Source: a virus (taxonomy: Duplodnaviria; Caudoviricetes). Taken from it: 64,000 bases of DNA. Location: positions 1 through 64,000 of IMG/VR virus record IMGVR_UViG_3300021431_000089; one strand, written 5' to 3'. The position numbers were made by a program, and so were the translations under genes. The notes under the pieces are model-generated. The model was not told where the DNA came from, made no database searches, and saw only the letters and a program-made list of their open reading frames with translations. Below are positions 9,788-20,287 of this stretch, piece after piece (position 1 is the stretch's first letter; each line of letters opens with the position of its first letter).

Positions 9788-9862
9788 GGCAGGGTATATC
9801 AGTGGTAGATTCCCGGGTTCATACCCCGGTGGCTGTTGGTTCGATTCCATCCCCTGCAACCA
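9788..9862 (+). tRNA. tRNA-fMet (CAT), initiator type
   Basis: Cloverleaf; anticodon arm CCGGG-TTCATAC-CCCGG with three G-C pairs; 1:72 mismatch; A11:U24; GTTCGA T-loop; encoded CCA. Confidence 0.9.
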
Positions 9863-9884
9863 TTAGAATAACGGAGGTGTACCT

Positions 9885-10910
9885 GTGGCAAGAAAGACCA
9901 AGCACAATGATATTGTGACACCGGAGTTACTCGCCCAGGTTAACTCCGACAACATACAACTGCTCAATGAGTTTGTTGATTATTTACGATCTCTCCAACG
10001 AAGTAATGCGACGATAGAACAGTATATATATGATATCCGCATTGCCTTTGTCTGGAATCTCCAGTTCAACAACAATAAGTTCTTCGTCGAATGGACTAAG
10101 AGAAATGTTGTTGCATATCAGAACTGGTTGCTTAACACAAACGGGAACAGCCCGGCACGTGTCAGAAGACTCAAAGCGGCATTGTCCTCTTTGAGTAACT
10201 TCATCGAGAACGTGATGGACGATGAGTTCCCGCAGTTTAGAAACATTATTAATAAGATTGAAAGTCCGGCCAATCAACCAGTGCGTGAGAAGTCGGTGTT
10301 CAGCGAGGATCAGATCAAGGAATTGCTGTCATACCTCACCGAGCATAAATACTATGACCGCGCCTGTGCGGTTGCTCTGGCGGTATATTCAGGCAGACGC
10401 AAATCTGAGCTTGTTAGGTTTAAGGTATCTGACTTTGATGAGAGCCACCTTGTGTGTGATGGCGCTCTGTATAAAAGTGATCCGATAAAAACGAAGGGAC
10501 GCGGTGTTGGTGGAAAGATGCTTAATTGCTTCACCTTGGCCAAACAGTTTGATCCGTACCTAAAGAACTGGCTTGCATTTAGAGAGCAGAAAGGTATTGA
10601 CAGTGAATGGCTGTTTCCAAACCCAGCCAACCCTTCTCAGCATTTGGCGTCCAGCGCCCTCAGCGGTTGGACAGATGGCTTCACCAAAATTTTAGGCGAA
10701 GACTTTTATTTCCATGCTTGTAGGCACTTCTGCACGAGTGCATTTAAGCGTGCGGGAATTCCAGACTCGGTTATACAGCAGTACATCGGATGGGAAGATA
10801 TTTCAATGGTGTCTATTTATAACGACCTTGGAGCTGATGAAGAGCTTGGCATGTATTTTACTGCCGACGGAATCACCGCACCGAAGCAGCGTGGATTTGA
10901 TGAAATTTAA
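9885..10910 (+). CDS. Tyrosine recombinase (XerC-like)
   Basis: SGRRKSEL (R), KTKG (K), HACRH (HxxR), IGW...VSIY (W/Y); N-terminal SAM-like domain. Confidence 0.88.
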   Translation: MARKTKHNDIVTPELLAQVNSDNIQLLNEFVDYLRSLQRSNATIEQYIYDIRIAFVWNLQFNNNKFFVEWTKRNVVAYQNWLLNTNGNSPARVRRLKAALSSLSNFIENVMDDEFPQFRNIINKIESPANQPVREKSVFSEDQIKELLSYLTEHKYYDRACAVALAVYSGRRKSELVRFKVSDFDESHLVCDGALYKSDPIKTKGRGVGGKMLNCFTLAKQFDPYLKNWLAFREQKGIDSEWLFPNPANPSQHLASSALSGWTDGFTKILGEDFYFHACRHFCTSAFKRAGIPDSVIQQYIGWEDISMVSIYNDLGADEELGMYFTADGITAPKQRGFDEI

Positions 10911-10928
10911 TTTTCAGGAGTGAAAGGT

Positions 10929-11405
10929 ATGAATAAGAGTGGATTAGTGCGCGACGTCGCCGCCGTTCTGAAACGCAACGATGTTCGCAAAGACATGCCG
11001 GCAAAGAAGCATGTCTTTTATATTTCTGATGATGAAGGAAACTCTAAAAAGTTTTCAGTAACTCAGCAAGGCCGTGGTGTGCATTTTAACATTGCGGACG
11101 TTGAGGCCATCATCGATGCAATGCTGTTCGTCATCAATGAAGCAATTAAGCGTGGCGAGCAGGTAAATTTATTGGGCTTCGGCGCATTCAAGCTGAGGCA
11201 TCTCAAACACATTTCTGTCAAGGATTTCAACAGTGACGGCACAATTGACATCCCAGATAGATATACTGTTAAATTCGTTCCCGGCTGTGACATGAAGAAC
11301 AGTGCCGCAGTGTATGGAACATCTATTGAAGATATGCGTGCTATCACCCTTCCCCTCGGTCTCGCCGAAGACGACGATGACGAATCAGAGGACGGCGAAG
11401 AGTAA
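10929..11405 (+). CDS. HU/IHF-family DNA-binding protein
   Basis: MNKSGLVRDVA start; GEQVNLLGFGAF and VKFVPG signature. Confidence 0.8.
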   Translation: MNKSGLVRDVAAVLKRNDVRKDMPAKKHVFYISDDEGNSKKFSVTQQGRGVHFNIADVEAIIDAMLFVINEAIKRGEQVNLLGFGAFKLRHLKHISVKDFNSDGTIDIPDRYTVKFVPGCDMKNSAAVYGTSIEDMRAITLPLGLAEDDDDESEDGEE

Positions 11406-12442
11406 TGGCTTTAGATATCAGTAGTGTCGCTAATGGAGAAGGCGCAGTCTGCACTAGATGCGGCACACGGTATCCAAAACGTAAGGGCAACTTCGCAACA
11501 TGCTATGGTGCCCTGTATAGAGGTATTGGAACGTTGAGTGTCTGTAAGAACTGCGTTGACGCAATGTACACTCAATACTTCCAGCAGGCACGCAAACCGG
11601 AAGACGCGATCAGGCAGGTTTGCCGTAAGCTTGATCTCTATTATGATGAGACGATTTATCAATCTGTGGTCGCGAAGTCCGTTCCAAGAACACTAATCGA
11701 TCAGTATATCGCCAAGCTTAACCAGCAGCGATACATGGGTATGAGTTATGACGATACGCTGATTAAAGAAAATACGATGTGGCAGTTCGGCATCGTTGAA
11801 GACGAACAAGAACCTGTTGCCATTGAGGAGCAGATCGTCGCGCCAGAACCCGAGCCAGACCCGGAGCCGGAGCCTGAACAAATTGAGATCGATCCGGCGC
11901 TGATTGAATTCTGGGGCGATGGACTCGATGCCGAGTCTTATGACGCCCTCCAGAAGAGGTACGAGGAGTGGCGTGGTAATGGCACCTTTGATATTGCCAC
12001 AGAAATGTTGGTCAAACAGATTTGCTTAACCGAGTTGGATATTGCACGGGATCGTGCTGAGGGGAAGTCGCCCGAAAAGGATATCCAGATTCTGAATAGC
12101 TTGATGGGTTCTGCAAATTTAAAGCCAGCTCAGCAACAGAAGACTGACGAGGCTCAGGCACTTGCCGAGGTTCCTCTCGGCGTTTGGCTGTACAGATATG
12201 AAAACGAACGACCGCTGCCAGAAGTGGACGAAGAGCTGAAGGATGTCAATCACATCCGCAAGTACGTATTTACTTGGATGGGGCATCTGTGTAAGATGCT
12301 CGATATTAAAAATGCCTACTCGGATTTGTACGAAAAGGCAATGGAAGAGTATTCGGTTCAGAAACCGGAATATGAAGAAGAAGAATATGACGACCTGCTG
12401 AGTGACACTGCGGAAGAGGAGCGGCAGGATGACGAGGAGTGA
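11405..12442 (+). CDS. Zn-finger protein, probable terminase small subunit
   Basis: CTRC/CKNC; acidic; directly upstream of and overlapping TerL. Confidence 0.5.
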   Translation: MALDISSVANGEGAVCTRCGTRYPKRKGNFATCYGALYRGIGTLSVCKNCVDAMYTQYFQQARKPEDAIRQVCRKLDLYYDETIYQSVVAKSVPRTLIDQYIAKLNQQRYMGMSYDDTLIKENTMWQFGIVEDEQEPVAIEEQIVAPEPEPDPEPEPEQIEIDPALIEFWGDGLDAESYDALQKRYEEWRGNGTFDIATEMLVKQICLTELDIARDRAEGKSPEKDIQILNSLMGSANLKPAQQQKTDEAQALAEVPLGVWLYRYENERPLPEVDEELKDVNHIRKYVFTWMGHLCKMLDIKNAYSDLYEKAMEEYSVQKPEYEEEEYDDLLSDTAEEERQDDEE

Positions 12443-14186
12443 TAAAGTTCTTAAAGGCGCCGCACTCTGGGGCGCATTCTATCGTGAAAATGTAGATAAA
12501 TTCGTTGAACAATATCTCCATGTCAACTTACATCTCTTCCAACGCATCGTTCTCGTAATGATGTTCTGGAGTACCACCATGGTATTCATTGCAAGCCGTG
12601 GTCTTGGTAAAACATTTCTAAGTGCTATTTACTGTGTCGTGCGATGTATTCTATACCCCGGCACCAGAGTTTGTATTGCAGCTTCGGTGCGTTCACAGTC
12701 AATTAACGTCCTTGAAAAGATAACGCAGGAGCTCGTGCCACGATCACCCGAGCTCCGTGCGGAGATTGACTGGAAGGAAACTAGGATCAATGCAACGAAT
12801 GCAATTATTACATTTAGGAACACGAGCGTTATTAAGGTAGTCACTGCCGGCGAATCAGCGAGAGGAAATAGAGCCAATGTCGTCCTCGTAGATGAATTCA
12901 GACTGGTTAACAAAGATACAATCGACACTATCCTGAAAAAGTTTCTGACCCTGACACGTCAGCCAGATTATAAAGCTTTATCGGCTGAAGAGCGGAAACG
13001 TGAGTGGCGTAAGGAAAAGAACTTGACAATGTACCTGAGCTCCGCCTACTGGAAGGAGCATTGGGCATATCAGAAATGTGTCGATACGCTCAAGGCAATG
13101 GTCAATCCAAAGCGAAGGCAATTTGTTTGTAGCTTTCCGTACCAGTTGCCAATAGCGGAAGGCATGCTTGACCCCGAGTTCGTCGCAGATGAAATGGCGG
13201 ATTCTGATTTCAGTGAGATTAAATTCTCCATGGAAATGGAGGCACTGTTCTTCGGAGCAAGCGGCAGTAACTTCTTCAACTATGATGCTATTGTGCGCAA
13301 CCGGCATATTAAATATCCGATGCTGCCGGATAAGTTATCTTTTAAGCTGAAGGACAATTCGAAGATTCGTATACCTCCAAAGGTAAATGGCGAAATTCGT
13401 ATCCTGTCAGCGGATATTGCACTGATGTCATCAGCAAAACATAACAATGACGCCACAGCAGTGTGGATGGATCAAATGATGCCGACGAAAGCTGGCAGAT
13501 ATTCAAATAGCATTGTATACGGCAACGCATACGAAGGACTAAGAACCGAAGAGCAAGCACTGGTAATTAGAAAGCTGTTTGATGAATACAGTTGTGATTA
13601 TTTGGTACTCGACACGAATGGTATAGGCCTTGGCGTCTTCGACGCACTTTCAGGCGACCTTGACGACCCGGAGACGGGCGAGATCTACCCTGCCCTATCT
13701 TGTTGTAACGACGACAACATGGCGGCTAGATGCACCGTCCCAGGAGCCAGAAAGGTTATTTGGTCAATTAAAGGAACTGCGCAATTCAATTCGGATTGTG
13801 CTGTTCTGTTGCGTGATGCGTTACACAACAACAGGATCAGGCTTCTCGTCAATGAGTACGATGGAGAAGAGAACCTGGCAACCCTTAAGGGTTTTAATAA
13901 CTTGTCACCTGCAGAGAAAATGTCCCTGCAGATGCCATACATTCACACCACCCTTCTCATCAATGAGCTTACTAAGCTACAGCATGAGCAGGTTGGTTCG
14001 CGTATCCGTGTCTACGAACAGACTGGCATGCGTAAAGACCGTTATTCATCTTTGGCGTATTGCTATTATGTTGCTACTCAATTGGGTATCAAAGAATCTC
14101 GTAAACACAATAAAGGCGCAGCGGAGACATCTATGTATCAAATTAGAGCTCCAAGAAGACATATAGACAGAGGAGGCACGTGGTAA
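12429..14186 (+). CDS. terL: Terminase large subunit
   Basis: ASRGLGKT Walker A, VLVDEFR Walker B, nuclease ADIA..ND and KDRYSS. Confidence 0.9.
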   Translation: MTRSDKVLKGAALWGAFYRENVDKFVEQYLHVNLHLFQRIVLVMMFWSTTMVFIASRGLGKTFLSAIYCVVRCILYPGTRVCIAASVRSQSINVLEKITQELVPRSPELRAEIDWKETRINATNAIITFRNTSVIKVVTAGESARGNRANVVLVDEFRLVNKDTIDTILKKFLTLTRQPDYKALSAEERKREWRKEKNLTMYLSSAYWKEHWAYQKCVDTLKAMVNPKRRQFVCSFPYQLPIAEGMLDPEFVADEMADSDFSEIKFSMEMEALFFGASGSNFFNYDAIVRNRHIKYPMLPDKLSFKLKDNSKIRIPPKVNGEIRILSADIALMSSAKHNNDATAVWMDQMMPTKAGRYSNSIVYGNAYEGLRTEEQALVIRKLFDEYSCDYLVLDTNGIGLGVFDALSGDLDDPETGEIYPALSCCNDDNMAARCTVPGARKVIWSIKGTAQFNSDCAVLLRDALHNNRIRLLVNEYDGEENLATLKGFNNLSPAEKMSLQMPYIHTTLLINELTKLQHEQVGSRIRVYEQTGMRKDRYSSLAYCYYVATQLGIKESRKHNKGAAETSMYQIRAPRRHIDRGGTW

Positions 14187-14189
14187 GCC

Positions 14190-15728
14190 ATGGAAAAAGA
14201 TATAAAGATGGCGACCGACACAAGCACATTCATTCCGCTTGGATCAGGAAAGTCGCCCTCCCCAGAATTTAAATTTTCAAGTCCTGTCACGGCACTTCTG
14301 TTGCGTGACTTAAACGATTATAGGCAGAGGCATCCACATTTCTTTATGCGGTATCGCAAGCACGATATTGCCATGTGGCTTGCTAATCCATACAAATTCG
14401 AACGGCAGCTTCGGGATGCAGTTCGATACATTTATCAGGTCAGCTCACATTTCCGACGGATCATTCAGTACTTCGTCGGTCTGACTGATATTGATTATCT
14501 GATCGAGCCATACGGCATCGATCCAAAGCGCGCCAGCGCCAATATTGTAAACCTTAACTATAGACGCACACTCGAAATGCTCGAGAGTATGAACCTGAAG
14601 ACTCAGCTTAAAAAGATCTTAACTGTCGTTTTACGCGAAGATGTATTCTATGGTTATCTGTGGGAAACATCGAATGCAATTACTATTCTCCAGCTCCCAT
14701 CTGACTATTGCGCAATTAGCGAAATTGAAGAGAACGTTTTTAACGTCTCTTTTAATTTTAGCTATTTTACCAATCGAGAAGAACTTCTTGAAAGCTTCCC
14801 TGATGAGTTCAGAGCAAAGTACGAGATTTACAAGCAGAGCGGCAGACTGCTCCGCCATCGCTGGATCACTTTAGATTCTCCGAATGCATTTGCGATTAAA
14901 TGCAATTCAGACATTATCGAATACGCCATTCCGCCTTTCGCTGGCGTGTTGCGCGAAGTATTTGATATCGAGGAGTTTAAAGATCTCAAACTCGAGCGTG
15001 CTGCACTCGAGAACTATGCTCTTGTTTCAATGACAATTCCGCTTGATGACGAAGGTAACTGGGGAATTGATTTAAACAAGGCAGAAGAGTTCTGGCGCAA
15101 CCTCGATGCCGTTTTACCAGAGGAAGTCGGTTCTGTACTGACTCCGATGCCGCTGGAAAAGATCTCATTTGAGCGATCTAATACGAGTGACACGCAGACA
15201 GTAACAGAAGCAGAAGAGAGTCTGTTCACCGCGTCTGGTGTATCGTCGCTTTTGTTTAATAACGCAAAAGCAAGTTCGAATGCACTGCTCTTATCTATTA
15301 AGGCAGACCAGGCAATTACATACGGTATCGTGCTGTCGATCACAGACGCGATTAACAGGTATCTGGCATCACGTCCGTACGCAAAGAATTTCAGATTAAA
15401 TATTCTTGACATTTCACCGTTTAACAGGGACGAGATGTTGGCGACATATTTAAAGGCATGCCAGTTTGGCATTCCAATGGTCAGCTATTATTGCGTGGCA
15501 TCTGGGCTTGACCAGATGGCGATGGACTCAATGTCGTACCTTGAGACAACTGTGCTTAATTTACAGTCACGTTTCAAGCCTCTTGTGAGTTCAACGCAGA
15601 TGAGTTCAGCCAGTTCAAGCAGTAGTTCCAGTACAGACAGCCCGACTGATGGCGATGCGGGTAGGCCGACCAAAGGCCTTGGCGAGATTAGCGATTCCCG
15701 CGAGGCGAACATTGAGGCAGAACAATGA
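14190..15728 (+). CDS. Portal protein
   Basis: 512 aa, directly after TerL; C-terminal AGRP motif. Confidence 0.75.
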   Translation: MEKDIKMATDTSTFIPLGSGKSPSPEFKFSSPVTALLLRDLNDYRQRHPHFFMRYRKHDIAMWLANPYKFERQLRDAVRYIYQVSSHFRRIIQYFVGLTDIDYLIEPYGIDPKRASANIVNLNYRRTLEMLESMNLKTQLKKILTVVLREDVFYGYLWETSNAITILQLPSDYCAISEIEENVFNVSFNFSYFTNREELLESFPDEFRAKYEIYKQSGRLLRHRWITLDSPNAFAIKCNSDIIEYAIPPFAGVLREVFDIEEFKDLKLERAALENYALVSMTIPLDDEGNWGIDLNKAEEFWRNLDAVLPEEVGSVLTPMPLEKISFERSNTSDTQTVTEAEESLFTASGVSSLLFNNAKASSNALLLSIKADQAITYGIVLSITDAINRYLASRPYAKNFRLNILDISPFNRDEMLATYLKACQFGIPMVSYYCVASGLDQMAMDSMSYLETTVLNLQSRFKPLVSSTQMSSASSSSSSSTDSPTDGDAGRPTKGLGEISDSREANIEAEQ

Positions 15729-15913
15729 CAGAACCATTTATTGTAGTTTTTACTGATGAAGCCCGCGATGCACTAATTGATCAGGGTTTCAACTTGATAT
15801 ACGGCGACAAAAATTATTATCTTTTCGAAAATGATGTGTTGCTGGATATAGATTTACCATCAGACCAATATGCCATGACCAGTGTCATGTCATTTGTTAG
15901 TCTGAATTCATAA
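15725..15913 (+). CDS. Small hypothetical protein
   Basis: ATGA coupling to the portal gene; fills the gap. Confidence 0.6.
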   Translation: MTEPFIVVFTDEARDALIDQGFNLIYGDKNYYLFENDVLLDIDLPSDQYAMTSVMSFVSLNS

Positions 15914-15932
15914 GGAATACGGAGGTGCACAC

Positions 15933-17579
15933 ATGCCAAATGTAATGAACCTTACGTTCGATTCCGATGTTTCAAAACTGACTGAAGTGAATAAATCTTT
16001 TGACGCTGGTGTAATCCGCATTGCATACACTGGCGCGAACAGAAATAAATCTTTCATTTCAAAGGCCAGCTTTGAAAAGGCATTGCCGTCCATTTATAAC
16101 TGCCCTATCGTATGCAACTACGATATAAGCACAGACGAGCTAGGCGGTCACGACATTGAGATCGTGAAAGATTCAGACGGTGCCCTACGGGTTATCAACA
16201 CTACAGATCCGATCGGTGTTATTCCCGAAAGCGCAAAGGTGTGGTTCGAGAACTACACTGGCGCAGACGGTATCGAGCGTGAGTATCTGTACGCCGAAGC
16301 TCTTTTCTGGAAAAGACAGGCTGCGTACCAGAAGATAAAAAAGGACGGCATTACCAACCAGTCCATGGAAATCTCTGTTAATGATATGGAAAAGAAAGAT
16401 GGACTGTATTACATTAACGACTTCGAATTCACAGCATTTACTGCTATCGGAGTCGAACCATGCTTCGAGGATTCGGCAATTGAAGTATTCTCGCAGAAGG
16501 CATATAAAGAGCAGCTCTCAGAGATGATGAATGATCTGAGGGCATCTTTTAATTTGGTCACATCATCCGATGAGGATGTTGATGATATACACCCACACTA
16601 TTTTACGAAAGGAGACGTAGAGACATTGAAAGACAAAATTGAGCTCGCCGAAAAATACGGCATCGATGTCGAAGCTCTGGACTTCTCTATCGAAGAACTT
16701 TCTATCGAAGAACTGACAGAGGAGTTTGAAGCTATGCAGACGTCCGAAAGTGTCAACGACTCCGACGCGGAAAGCGCACCTCAGGAAGAGACATTTGCTG
16801 AGGCAGAAGCTGAGGCAGAACCCGCCGCAGAAGAAGCAGAATCTGAAGCCGAACAGGCCGAGGAAGAAGCTCCTGCAGAAGAGTTCGCTCTCACAGGGAA
16901 CATGAGAGAAGAGTTCCAGCGTGAACTCGCAGCCCATCCGGTTATGGATCGTTGGGGCGAACAGCGCCCTTACTGGTTTGAAGACTTTGATGCGGATAAG
17001 TCCGAAGTCTATATCCAAGATCCTGTAGACTATCTCCACTACGCCCTTTCATACAGATTCGACAACGATAAGTGCATTATCGATTTCAACTCTAAGAAGC
17101 GTGTACTTATTTCTTTTGTTGATTTTGTTGAAGGCGCAGAGCAGTCTGTCGATCCCGCAATGGTTTCCATGTTCGAGGCGCTTGACGAAAAGTTTGCCGC
17201 AAACGAAAGTGCAGAATCTGCTTACGCGGAACTGAACGAAAAGTACAACGCACTCGAAGCTACATGCAAAGAGTTGCGCGAATTCAAGGCAAGCGTAGAG
17301 TCTGCCGCTGCGGAGCAGGAAAGAAATGAACTCTTCGCGAAGTTTGAAGACCTCGCCGACGTTGACGCATTTAAAGAACTCCAGGCTAATGCAGATCAGT
17401 ATGATCTCGATACTCTGGAAGAAAAGTGCTTCGCAATCCGAGGCAGACAGGGTGTTGGTTTGAATTTCTCCCTTAGCGAGAATTCAGCTTCCCCGAAAAT
17501 CAAACTGGACAAAAAACTTAATAGTACTCCCAAGCCTTATGGCGGCGTAGTTGAACACTACCTCGGGGAAGTTGACTAA
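15933..17579 (+). CDS. Prohead protease/scaffold
   Basis: GGHD, QSMEI and GVEPCFE protease-like N-terminus; acidic coiled-coil C-terminus; precedes the capsid genes. Confidence 0.75.
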   Translation: MPNVMNLTFDSDVSKLTEVNKSFDAGVIRIAYTGANRNKSFISKASFEKALPSIYNCPIVCNYDISTDELGGHDIEIVKDSDGALRVINTTDPIGVIPESAKVWFENYTGADGIEREYLYAEALFWKRQAAYQKIKKDGITNQSMEISVNDMEKKDGLYYINDFEFTAFTAIGVEPCFEDSAIEVFSQKAYKEQLSEMMNDLRASFNLVTSSDEDVDDIHPHYFTKGDVETLKDKIELAEKYGIDVEALDFSIEELSIEELTEEFEAMQTSESVNDSDAESAPQEETFAEAEAEAEPAAEEAESEAEQAEEEAPAEEFALTGNMREEFQRELAAHPVMDRWGEQRPYWFEDFDADKSEVYIQDPVDYLHYALSYRFDNDKCIIDFNSKKRVLISFVDFVEGAEQSVDPAMVSMFEALDEKFAANESAESAYAELNEKYNALEATCKELREFKASVESAAAEQERNELFAKFEDLADVDAFKELQANADQYDLDTLEEKCFAIRGRQGVGLNFSLSENSASPKIKLDKKLNSTPKPYGGVVEHYLGEVD

Positions 17580-17607
17580 TCCACTTATATAAGGAGGAAA
17601 ACACTTA

Positions 17608-18144
17608 ATGGCTAAACATGCAGTAGTGCGTACTGATAAGCTGCTCGGTACGCAGGGTTTCCCGCAGATTGCTTCTTTTAGATTCTTCGCTACAGTCGAT
17701 AACAAGGAAGCGCCGGCGGAAATTGAAAATGGTAACGTTGTTGACATCAGCGCTGGTCTGCTGACAGACGGTGCAAATGTACCGACAATTATTAACCGTG
17801 AAGAATATAAGGCAGTTGCTCCGACAGCTTCCACAAAGCTGAAGGACGTTCTGCTCGTTGCGAATCCTGAACTGGATCGCACAGTTAAATACAACGCTCT
17901 GGATGAATATATCAACAAAGCAGATATGCCTGTTCGCGGATATCATCTGCACGAAAACGATATCTTCTCCGTTACAGATGAAGCTCTTGATGGCACACCT
18001 GCAGTTGGTTCCATCGTTGAGCTCCAGGCTGGCACAAAACTGAAGGTTGTTGCTTCTGCCACAAACGGTTCAACAACCATCGGTAAGATTATTCAGATTG
18101 AAACAGTTGGCTCTAAGAAGTTCAACGTTATCAAGGTTGCTTAA
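17608..18144 (+). CDS. Capsid decoration/minor head protein
   Basis: Lies between scaffold and MCP; IENG motif; high-expression codon bias. Confidence 0.6.
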   Translation: MAKHAVVRTDKLLGTQGFPQIASFRFFATVDNKEAPAEIENGNVVDISAGLLTDGANVPTIINREEYKAVAPTASTKLKDVLLVANPELDRTVKYNALDEYINKADMPVRGYHLHENDIFSVTDEALDGTPAVGSIVELQAGTKLKVVASATNGSTTIGKIIQIETVGSKKFNVIKVA

Positions 18145-18159
18145 TAGGAGGTACACGAA

Positions 18160-19179
18160 ATGACAGATGTTAAAGAACTCGTGAAGCTCGCTGTGGATGG
18201 CCACAGAGGCTCCGTTGAAAAGTATTCCGTTAAGCAGTCTCAGGACGCTCTCAGAGAAGCACTCATCGAACTGAACGGCGGAAGCACCGTTCTGGATTAT
18301 AGAGCTATTCGCGATGGCAAGTGCAACGGACTCTTCACACTTGTTGAAGAACTGCTCGAAGCTACAGTATCCGAAGGACTTGCTGCGAATGACTTCTTCA
18401 CAAACTTCGTTGACTACAGAAATGTTGCTGAAGGCGACGAAGCAGAATTCGACGTTGAAGACAGCACACTGTTCTTCGTCGACGAAATTGCTGACGGTAC
18501 TCAGGGTATCCGCAGACAGAGACTTGGTGAACTGACAAAGGTCACCATCCCGACAACAATGAAGGCTGTTAAGATCTATGAAGAACTGAACAGAATTCTT
18601 GCTGGTCGTGTTGATTTCAACCACATGATCGACAAGGTTGCAGAATCCTTCGAGCAGAAGATTCTCAACGATGTCTTCACACTGTATTCCGGTCTGACTT
18701 CTGATCAGCTCGGCGGTGTCGCTTACTTCCCGACTCTGGCAAATGCTTACGATGAAGAAGATGTCCTCGATGTCATCGCTCACGTTGAAGCAGCTGCTGG
18801 TGGAAAGACAGCTACAATCGTCGGCACAAAGAAAGCTCTCCGCAAGCTGATCCCGTCCATCCAGGGTGATGGATATAAGGATGACAACTACAACATGGGC
18901 TATGCTGGCAAGTTCTATGGTTCCCCTGTTCTTGCTCTGCCGCAGCGTCACAAGGTTGGTACAACTACATTCGCATTCCCGGATGATGTTATCACAATCG
19001 TTGCTGGCGATGAGAAGCCGATCAAGGTTGTCAGACGTGGTGAACCGCTCGTTATCATGGGCGATCCGCTGCAGAACGCTGATCTGACTCAGACATATTT
19101 CTACGGTGAAGCATACGGTGTTGGTCTGGTTACAGCCGCTAACTCCGGTATTGGCCGTTACGAAATCCCTCAGAACTAA
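18160..19179 (+). CDS. Major capsid protein
   Basis: 339 aa, strong codon bias, gene order, followed by a hairpin. Confidence 0.75.
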   Translation: MTDVKELVKLAVDGHRGSVEKYSVKQSQDALREALIELNGGSTVLDYRAIRDGKCNGLFTLVEELLEATVSEGLAANDFFTNFVDYRNVAEGDEAEFDVEDSTLFFVDEIADGTQGIRRQRLGELTKVTIPTTMKAVKIYEELNRILAGRVDFNHMIDKVAESFEQKILNDVFTLYSGLTSDQLGGVAYFPTLANAYDEEDVLDVIAHVEAAAGGKTATIVGTKKALRKLIPSIQGDGYKDDNYNMGYAGKFYGSPVLALPQRHKVGTTTFAFPDDVITIVAGDEKPIKVVRRGEPLVIMGDPLQNADLTQTYFYGEAYGVGLVTAANSGIGRYEIPQN

Positions 19180-19201
19180 TCAGCGACTGATCTGATTTCA
19201 C

Positions 19202-19225
19202 GGGGCGTCAGCAATGGCGCCCCTT
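19202..19225 (+). terminator. Hairpin after the capsid gene
   Basis: GGGGCGTCA-GCAA-TGGCGCCCC; weak U-tract. Confidence 0.55.
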
Positions 19226-19255
19226 ATCTATTTGAGTTAAAGGAGGACACATTAC

Positions 19256-19816
19256 GTGGCAACAAGAAGTACAACACGTAAAACAACTACTGCCGACACA
19301 GAAGATGTTGAAGAAGTAGTTGCCGATAAAAAGTCGACCGTTAAGGAAGATAAACCTATCGTTCCTAAAGAGGTTGACCTTAGTGAACTGATTACCGTCA
19401 AGAATGGTTATAACGGCAAGCTCGTTTACGTAAGCGCCAGAACACATGAGCGTTTTGTATTCGACGGCTTCGGTGACGAACAGGAAATTGAACTGCGCGA
19501 ACTCCGCAATGCTAAGTCTGCCGCCAAATCATTCTTTGTAAATAACTACTTTATGTTCGGCCCCGAGTTCGAATGGGTTCCCGCTTACCTCGGTATGGCG
19601 AGGTATTATAAGAATTCAATCAAACCGGATGAATTTGAAGACCTGTTTGACATGCCTGCAGAAGAGCTGAGGGATAGGATTTCAAAGCTTAATGATGGTC
19701 AGAAAAAGGCCATCAATTATATGGCACGAGAGAAGATCGCAAATGGCGACATTGACTCCCGCAGGACTATCTCAATGCTGGAAGAGGCGCTTGGTGTTCA
19801 GCTCATCGAAAAATAA
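19256..19816 (+). CDS. Hypothetical head-associated protein
   Basis: GTG start after AAGGAGG; follows the MCP. Confidence 0.6.
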   Translation: MATRSTTRKTTTADTEDVEEVVADKKSTVKEDKPIVPKEVDLSELITVKNGYNGKLVYVSARTHERFVFDGFGDEQEIELRELRNAKSAAKSFFVNNYFMFGPEFEWVPAYLGMARYYKNSIKPDEFEDLFDMPAEELRDRISKLNDGQKKAINYMAREKIANGDIDSRRTISMLEEALGVQLIEK

Positions 19817-19834
19817 CAAAGAGGTATTTGAAAC

Positions 19835-20287
19835 ATGAGCTTAAGCTTTGATGTATTCACTGCAGCATTCTTGTCCAAGATTTCAGAGTACGACTTTCTG
19901 GAGTTTGATGACGCTGAACGTGATGCAACTGTAGATGAATATCTTCAACGCGCAGTTGCTCAGTTTAAGCATGTCTGCAAATACGATTTAAGTGCGAATA
20001 TGGACAAGGCTGAGAGGGTGTTCAATATCGAGGTCGACGAATTTGATCAAGATGAAATCGTTGACATTATCTCAGAAGGCATGGTGATGCAGTGGCTTAA
20101 GATTTATCTTAACAAGCAGGAGCTGCTTGAGATGGGTCTTAACACAAGAGACTTCACCGCCTATTCCCCTGCCGAACTTCTTCGTCGTGTTGGGGACGCA
20201 TATGATCGCGTGAAAAAGGAATATATCCAAGCTGTTCGGGAGTACAGCTACAACCACGGCGATCTCACGAGGTTACACATCAACTAA
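19835..20287 (+). CDS. Probable head-tail adaptor
   Basis: 150-aa helical protein; gene order. Confidence 0.5.
   Translation: MSLSFDVFTAAFLSKISEYDFLEFDDAERDATVDEYLQRAVAQFKHVCKYDLSANMDKAERVFNIEVDEFDQDEIVDIISEGMVMQWLKIYLNKQELLEMGLNTRDFTAYSPAELLRRVGDAYDRVKKEYIQAVREYSYNHGDLTRLHIN

Noticed and set aside
9788-10910. tRNA-fMet plus recombinase as a prophage integration boundary
   Set aside because: Phage genes continue on both sides and no duplicated tRNA 3' end was found in the window.
18070-18951. 293-aa antisense ORF over the capsid gene
   Set aside because: Shadow ORF produced by the strong codon bias of the sense gene; no RBS or recognisable motifs.
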